A DNA stretch of 63,414 nucleotides, counting the filler, from Bacteriovoracaceae bacterium (GTDB taxonomy: Bacteria; Bdellovibrionota; Bacteriovoracia; Bacteriovoracales; Bacteriovoracaceae), in assembly GCA_018649885.1 (NCBI GenBank). It is 7 parts of 7 records of this genome, joined end to end, with 100 filler letters (N's around TTAATTAATTAA, not from the genome) between each part and the next. Parts side by side here need not be neighbours in the genome. Positions count along the whole stretch, not along the records: positions 52,470 to 63,414 come from JABIHA010000081.1; 6 more parts are not named here. One strand, written 5' to 3'. This document shows positions 58,243-63,414 of the stretch, piece after piece. Within the stretch, counting starts at the first letter, position 1. Every line of letters starts with the position of its first letter. Below the pieces are notes generated by a model. It worked only from the letters and a program-made list of their open reading frames with translations, did not search any database and had not been told where the DNA came from. The position numbers and the translations under genes are program-made.

Positions 58243-59412
58243 ATGAGCAAAGCAAAACAAACTGAGGAAATTATGAGCAAAAAAAATCTGACCATGCAAG
58301 GTATGACTCCACTCAACGCACTTTTATTAGTGCTCGGAATGGCGGCCGTGGGTTTAAGTATCTATTTGACCAAACACTTCTTTGAGTCTCACTTCCCCAC
58401 TGGAATACAAGGTAGTGGATTTTGCTCCATTTCTGCTTTTTGGAATTGTGATGTGGCCACTTTTTCAACATTTTCAAATATCGCTGGCATTCCCATTTCA
58501 TTTTTTGGAATGCTCTTTGGTTGTTTTATTATTGCCGGCTCTATTTTCCCCTCAGAAAAAATGGAGCGAACAAATGGTATTTTAGCAGCGATTAATGCCG
58601 CCGGTTGCCTGGTACTATTTCTATATTCTCTTATTGCACTCAAAGGACTTTGCCCTTTTTGCGCAGTCTATTACATTGTTAGTTGGGCCATTTTTTATCT
58701 ATTTTTAAAATTTGGTGATTTCTCCTTTCAAATCTCCCCAAAGATAATCGCCATCTACCTAGTTCCAACAATTGTGGGGGGAGCTATTTTTCACCTTCAC
58801 TTTAATTCTGAAACAGAAAAACTTGTTCTGATGTCCGACTCTATTCTAAAGGAATTCAAAACCCTTAAAAATTACGGCAACCCTGAAACAGATTCTAAAT
58901 TTAGAATCCACACTAGCGCTGAGAAATTCTCAGATGCTCCAATTCAGCTCACCGTATTCTCTGATTTTCAGTGCCCAGCTTGCCTTGCATTTGAAGAAAC
59001 TATTGCACCACTTATTAAGAAATTTTCTGATAAAATAAATGTTCAGTACTTCCCCTACCCGCTTGATGATCACTGCAACCCCAATATGAAACGATCTCTT
59101 CATCCCCATGCCTGTCATGCTGCTAGAGTTTCTATGTGTGCCCCAGAAAGGTTTGAAACCTCTCATACTGAGCTGTTTAAAGCTCAAAGTGATCTTAGTG
59201 AAAGTTGGTTAAATGATTATGCCAAAAAACTAGGCGTCACAGAATGTGCTAAAGGTGAAGCAGTCAAAAAGCTTATTCTTGCAGGTATAGAACTGGGAGA
59301 AAAATATGAGCTTAGCTCAACTCCCACAATTATCATCAATGGGAAAAAAATAGAAGGCTCTCTTCCGGCCCCCTACTTTACTGCTATATTTAATAGTTTG
59401 TTAGGAAAATGA
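58243..59412 (+). CDS. VKOR-DsbA/thioredoxin fusion
   Basis: VKOR FCSISAFWNC and CPFC; thioredoxin FSDFQCPAC and STPTIIING. Alternative start at 58273. Confidence 0.92.
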   Translation: MSKAKQTEEIMSKKNLTMQGMTPLNALLLVLGMAAVGLSIYLTKHFFESHFPTGIQGSGFCSISAFWNCDVATFSTFSNIAGIPISFFGMLFGCFIIAGSIFPSEKMERTNGILAAINAAGCLVLFLYSLIALKGLCPFCAVYYIVSWAIFYLFLKFGDFSFQISPKIIAIYLVPTIVGGAIFHLHFNSETEKLVLMSDSILKEFKTLKNYGNPETDSKFRIHTSAEKFSDAPIQLTVFSDFQCPACLAFEETIAPLIKKFSDKINVQYFPYPLDDHCNPNMKRSLHPHACHAARVSMCAPERFETSHTELFKAQSDLSESWLNDYAKKLGVTECAKGEAVKKLILAGIELGEKYELSSTPTIIINGKKIEGSLPAPYFTAIFNSLLGK

Positions 59413-60182
59413 CACATAAATTTATTGAAACACATTGCCACCTCGATTATCTAAAAGAAAAACCTCTAGAAGAAATTCTAGAGGATTCTAAAAAAGCTGG
59501 AATTGAGTACACTATTACAATCTCGGTTGAACCCGGAAATATGGATCCGGTTCTTGAGATTGCAAAGAGTCATGAGAATATTTATTGCACTCAAGGAGTT
59601 CATCCACACAATGCAAAAGATTTTACTGATACTGTCTTAGAAAAAATTAAATTAAATTCATCTCACCCAAAAGTTTTGGCCATTGGTGAAATTGGACTCG
59701 ACTATCACTATGACAATTCCCCCAGAGAGGCACAACTTGCAGCACTAGAGAAACAACTTGAGCTTGCCTGCGAATTAGAGCTTCCAGTGGTGATACACAC
59801 AAGAGAAGCAGAAGAAGATACTATGAGTATCTTAAAAAATTTCTCGGGGAAATTAAAAAAAGGCGGTGTAATTCACTCATTCACTTCAAGTACTCGGTTC
59901 GCCGAATTCGCACTTTCTGAAAACTTTCACATTGGATTTAATGGGATCATCACATTTAAAAAGGCCCAAAATGTGAGAGATGTACTAGAAATAACACCCA
60001 TAGAAAATATTCTGCTTGAGACAGATTCTCCATTTCTAGCTCCTACTCCCCACAGAGGTCGTGAAAACTACCCGTGCTATATCCCTTTTATCGCAGCGAA
60101 ATTATTGGAAGTAAAAAATTTGGATGAGCAAGCATTTGATATAATTTATCAGAACTCTAAAAGACTTTTTGCAATCGCTTAA
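59409..60182 (+). CDS. tatD: TatD-family hydrolase
   Basis: Motifs THCHLD, GVHP, IGEIGLDY, IHTRE, IHSF and LLETDSPFLAP. Confidence 0.95.
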   Translation: MTHKFIETHCHLDYLKEKPLEEILEDSKKAGIEYTITISVEPGNMDPVLEIAKSHENIYCTQGVHPHNAKDFTDTVLEKIKLNSSHPKVLAIGEIGLDYHYDNSPREAQLAALEKQLELACELELPVVIHTREAEEDTMSILKNFSGKLKKGGVIHSFTSSTRFAEFALSENFHIGFNGIITFKKAQNVRDVLEITPIENILLETDSPFLAPTPHRGRENYPCYIPFIAAKLLEVKNLDEQAFDIIYQNSKRLFAIA

Positions 60183-61759
60183 GCCCTTTTTCGTGGTCCA
60201 AGAATTGTATCAACAATTTGCTCAATAAACTCGCCTCGAATCCCTAACATCATTCCTATTTCATAGAGAACTTTCATCTCTTCCACATCGAGTACCCCAT
60301 CAGATATGGCAATTAGAACCAAATCACGCAATAAATTACTTTTTTCGAATTTATTGGCATGGAGATGAACTTTGTCACAATCTGAAGACATAGAAGTGAA
60401 AAGAGATTTAACACTTATAGGGTTTCCAAGCTTTGACATTTCCTCACGGTAAATATCACCACTAACCATTTTTGCTAAGGCACTTAACTCACACTGATCT
60501 ACCACTCCATCAGCAGCAGCAATGGCCATACCTCCGCGAAAAAGAAAGCTTTGAAGTAATTTTGATTTTTCTGAATCATTTATTAGGTAATCTGGCTCCA
60601 TTAAAGACATAAACTCCCAGATACCTGTTTCAAGTTGTTTTTTATTATGGACTTGCTTTCCCTTCCCCCCAATTTTGTAATAGGGCTCACTATTGAGAAA
60701 TAATTCCAAGGCCTTTATTCTGAGAGGCCCAAAAGGATGAGTTGTATACCAATCTTTTGGATCAGAATCGTCTTTTAACATTTCGTTTTTTAGATTTTCA
60801 AACTGGGAGAGATAAGAATTAATATTGAGCTCCCATTTATTTTTTGTAATTCCCGAGGATAGTTTAAAAAAGGCCGTTACTGCAGCAGCAAAGTTATCAC
60901 AGCAAATTAAACCTATCCTATCTGCGCTTAACTCAGTACTTCTAGACCAGGAGTAGAGTTTCACTGCGTGTAGAGGAGTTACAAAGTCAGCACCATTTTG
61001 AAGAATATATGAAGCTGGAAATTTATAGTGATCAAAAATAAAATGGCCAAGTTCATGACCGATTACAAAACATATTTCATCTTCATTAAAATTTTCCAGT
61101 ATTCCTGAGGTCAATAAAATCGTCACCTTTCCATCTTTTGGTGGATATACCATGGCATTGAATACTTGGTTTTGATAAACGTAAAAATCGATATCACAAT
61201 TAAGACCAAGCCTTTCTTTGCATAGATTTCCAATACCCGCTATTTTGGGTGATATTTGAGGTGTTAAATGAAAAGATGTCTTTAAAAGCTCTTTTGTAAG
61301 ATTGTATTCAGGGTTTCCCTCAAGTAGATGAGATACAAAACCCATAAAATTCTCTTCTCCCAAAAACCACTGTCTCATGTCCAGGTCATTACAATAAACG
61401 AGGTCATCTAAATTGAGATGGCTCTTAGACTTATCATTTAGTGAAAAAATTTCTTTGTTCTCCGAAATACTGCTCGCTGCAAAGGAGACCCCACTACCTG
61501 AAGCTATTTTTTGTTTAACCTCACCGCCTAGGCCCTTTGCTGTTATTTGATATTCTTTTGTCAAAACTTCAACTTCTTTTCTATATTCACCTTTGAGTTT
61601 TCTAACAGCTTCAAGGTTTGAATTTCCTTTTATCTTTCCCTCATAAAGGCTTCGAAGATATTGCTTTTTTTGAGAAAATTCTATTTCAAGAGATTCAATA
61701 TTGCTCGAATTCCAAATAACTCCCACGAAACTTCCTTTTTCAAACTTATCGACAAACAC
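60179..61759 (-). CDS. M48 (HtpX-like) metallopeptidase with a C-terminal TerB-like domain
   Basis: FNA, VIGHELGH, RSTELSADR and THP. C-terminal AIAAADGVVDQCE / IAISDGVLDVEE. Start uncertain. Confidence 0.85.
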   Translation of the reverse strand: MFVDKFEKGSFVGVIWNSSNIESLEIEFSQKKQYLRSLYEGKIKGNSNLEAVRKLKGEYRKEVEVLTKEYQITAKGLGGEVKQKIASGSGVSFAASSISENKEIFSLNDKSKSHLNLDDLVYCNDLDMRQWFLGEENFMGFVSHLLEGNPEYNLTKELLKTSFHLTPQISPKIAGIGNLCKERLGLNCDIDFYVYQNQVFNAMVYPPKDGKVTILLTSGILENFNEDEICFVIGHELGHFIFDHYKFPASYILQNGADFVTPLHAVKLYSWSRSTELSADRIGLICCDNFAAAVTAFFKLSSGITKNKWELNINSYLSQFENLKNEMLKDDSDPKDWYTTHPFGPLRIKALELFLNSEPYYKIGGKGKQVHNKKQLETGIWEFMSLMEPDYLINDSEKSKLLQSFLFRGGMAIAAADGVVDQCELSALAKMVSGDIYREEMSKLGNPISVKSLFTSMSSDCDKVHLHANKFEKSNLLRDLVLIAISDGVLDVEEMKVLYEIGMMLGIRGEFIEQIVDTILGPRKRA

Positions 61760-61906
61760 ATCAAAAAGATGAGCTTTTCACTCCACTACTTTGGTATTAG
61801 TGATTCTTATAGATCACTAGTAGTAAGTTTAATTTCTCTAATAAGAAGCTGTTGGGTATGATATTCACAGAAACATTTAAAGCTATGAAATATTGCGGAG
61901 ATATTC

Positions 61907-62347
61907 ATGTTTAAACCAATTTTTTTGACTATCCTTATTGTATTTAGTCTTGGAGCGAATGCGGCCAATTTAAATAACCCCTTTCTAATTTGCAAAGATA
62001 TCTATAAGCAAGCAACACCTTATTACTCATTTGTTATTGAGATCGACAAGGTTTCCCAAGTGGCGAAAGTCACAGTGCAAGAACTCCCTTTTCGAGGGGC
62101 GGTTATGAGACCAAAAAGTTTTACACTAAAGGGCTTTGAAAAAGCATCTTTAGATATGAACACAACTGGTGACATCATCATTAAAAGTGCTAAAGAAGGT
62201 ACTGCCGGTTACACCCACCTAGTCCCAGTAGATGAAAAACTTGTAGGCGATCTTGTTTTCCCAAATTCTAGTCAATTAAAATTTAATGATGAGTACCTGA
62301 AAGATGGGGACTATCTTTCACTGGAATGTAAGTCCTTTGGGCTTTAG
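61907..62347 (+). CDS. Hypothetical secreted protein
   Basis: Signal peptide ending ANA; GGAG RBS. Confidence 0.7.
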   Translation: MFKPIFLTILIVFSLGANAANLNNPFLICKDIYKQATPYYSFVIEIDKVSQVAKVTVQELPFRGAVMRPKSFTLKGFEKASLDMNTTGDIIIKSAKEGTAGYTHLVPVDEKLVGDLVFPNSSQLKFNDEYLKDGDYLSLECKSFGL

Positions 62348-62426
62348 TAATTAAAGAAAAAATGATAGCCTCCGAAATATTGCTACTTCTTGGAGGCTTA
62401 CTATAAGTATAGATCGTCTGGCCCAA

Positions 62427-63128
62427 ATGCCCATTGACCCCAGCTACATTACTCCTAGTGAATCTGATATTGATTTTCTGAAAACTCATGATCAAAGAGT
62501 CGAAATTGAGAACACTCCACTTTTTAAGAAATACAACGCTTATTTCAAAATGGGTCTTGCTGGAACAATTGAAAATATGTTCATCAGAAAGGCCATACTA
62601 GACAAGCTAAACAATCTCGAAAATCTACTTGCACCGAAATATTCATTCCTTGTTTTTGATGCCTTTAGAAGTCTTGAGGCGCAGATGGCATTATTTGATC
62701 TCTTTAAAGATGAAATAAGAAAAAGTAAACCTGGCCTAACCGAAGAACAAATCACAGAAGAGGCCGCAGTATTTGTAGCTCATCCTGACTTTCGCCCCAC
62801 ATACTCAGCCCTACCTCACAATACTGGAGGCGCCATTGACTTGGCCTTATGCCATAGAGACAGTGGAGAAATTTTAGAGTTTGGTTGTGAGTTCGACAAT
62901 CCTACCGATTTGGCCTCAACCAAATTTTTTGAAGCACCCTTTGATCCCAAGCATGGTATTTCAGAGCAGGTTTGGATGGAGGCCAGAGTTAATCGCAGAA
63001 TTCTTTTCAATCTCTTGATCCCCCTGGGATTTGCCAATTACTCTGCAGAGTGGTGGCACTTTAATATGGGCGACTCTTCATGGGGTACTCAAGTTGGCTG
63101 CAAGTGGAGCTATGGGTCGATGGAATAG
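62427..63128 (+). CDS. M15-family D-Ala-D-Ala dipeptidase (VanX/DdpX-like)
   Basis: Motifs VFDAFRS..AQ, PHNTGGAIDL, NRRIL and EWWHF. Confidence 0.9.
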   Translation: MPIDPSYITPSESDIDFLKTHDQRVEIENTPLFKKYNAYFKMGLAGTIENMFIRKAILDKLNNLENLLAPKYSFLVFDAFRSLEAQMALFDLFKDEIRKSKPGLTEEQITEEAAVFVAHPDFRPTYSALPHNTGGAIDLALCHRDSGEILEFGCEFDNPTDLASTKFFEAPFDPKHGISEQVWMEARVNRRILFNLLIPLGFANYSAEWWHFNMGDSSWGTQVGCKWSYGSME

Positions 63129-63165
63129 TAGACCTTAACCGTCATGTAAGCCCATTGTACCGACC

Positions 63166-63414
63166 ACTACTTTGATTCATAGGCCATTGAAAATCCACTA
63201 ACTACTTTGATTCATAGGCCATTGAAAATCCACTAACCACTTTGATTCATAGGCCATTGAAAATCTACTAACCACTTTGATTCATAGGCAATTAAAAATC
63301 CACTAACCACTTTGATTCATAGGCAATTGAAAATCTACTAACCACTTTGATTCATAGGCAATTAAAAATCCACTAACCACTTTGATTCATAGGCCATTGA
63401 AAATCTACTAACCA
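63166..63414. repeat. 35-bp tandem repeat, at least 7 copies, running to the window end
   Basis: Unit ACTTTGATTCATAGGC(C/A)ATT(G/A)AAAATC(C/T)ACTAACC, head-to-tail with no spacers. Confidence 0.95.

Noticed and set aside
1646..63037. Numerous short antisense or nested ORFs in the track (e.g. 8193-8486, 25725-26132, 29332-29730, 48978-49373, 56965-57330)
   Set aside because: They lie within well-supported genes in other frames or on the opposite strand and show no motifs or RBS.
63166..63414. CRISPR array
   Set aside because: The 35-bp units are contiguous with no unique spacers, and there are no cas genes in the window.

Overview
The window is not contiguous DNA. It holds seven contigs joined by artificial 100-nt N/TTAATTAATTAA/N linkers: 1-15496, 15597-31821, 31922-41202, 41303-45377, 45478-48089, 48190-52369 and 52470-63414. 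The housekeeping contigs look like an AT-rich Bdellovibrionota/Bacteriovoracaceae-type genome (inference). They carry a glyoxylate shunt (aceB-aceA, an aminotransferase and a RamB-like regulator), nuoBCDI, ettA, RluA-PgeF-VKOR/DsbA-TatD and many cyclic-nucleotide signalling genes. Three short contigs are accessory or defence DNA: (i) a tRNA-Lys att junction with a satellite-like primase module, an Hsp70-TPR plus UvrD-like helicase pair and DarTG; (ii) an AbiEi/AbiEii-WYL cassette bracketed by 117-bp inverted IS21-like ends; (iii) an SspD-like PAPS reductase, helicase, MORC ATPase and PLD operon. The most striking signal is two overlapping GAF-class III cyclase genes (12625-15496) with complementary catalytic-residue losses. 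This predicts an obligate C1/C2-type heterodimeric adenylyl cyclase, encoded downstream of a degenerate HD-GYP gene. Other candidate new systems are the Hsp70-TPR/helicase pair, the Ssp-linked helicase-MORC-PLD module and a cNMP/PilZ-GNAT/membrane-cyclase/EamA cassette. All calls come from reading motifs by eye; no searches were run.
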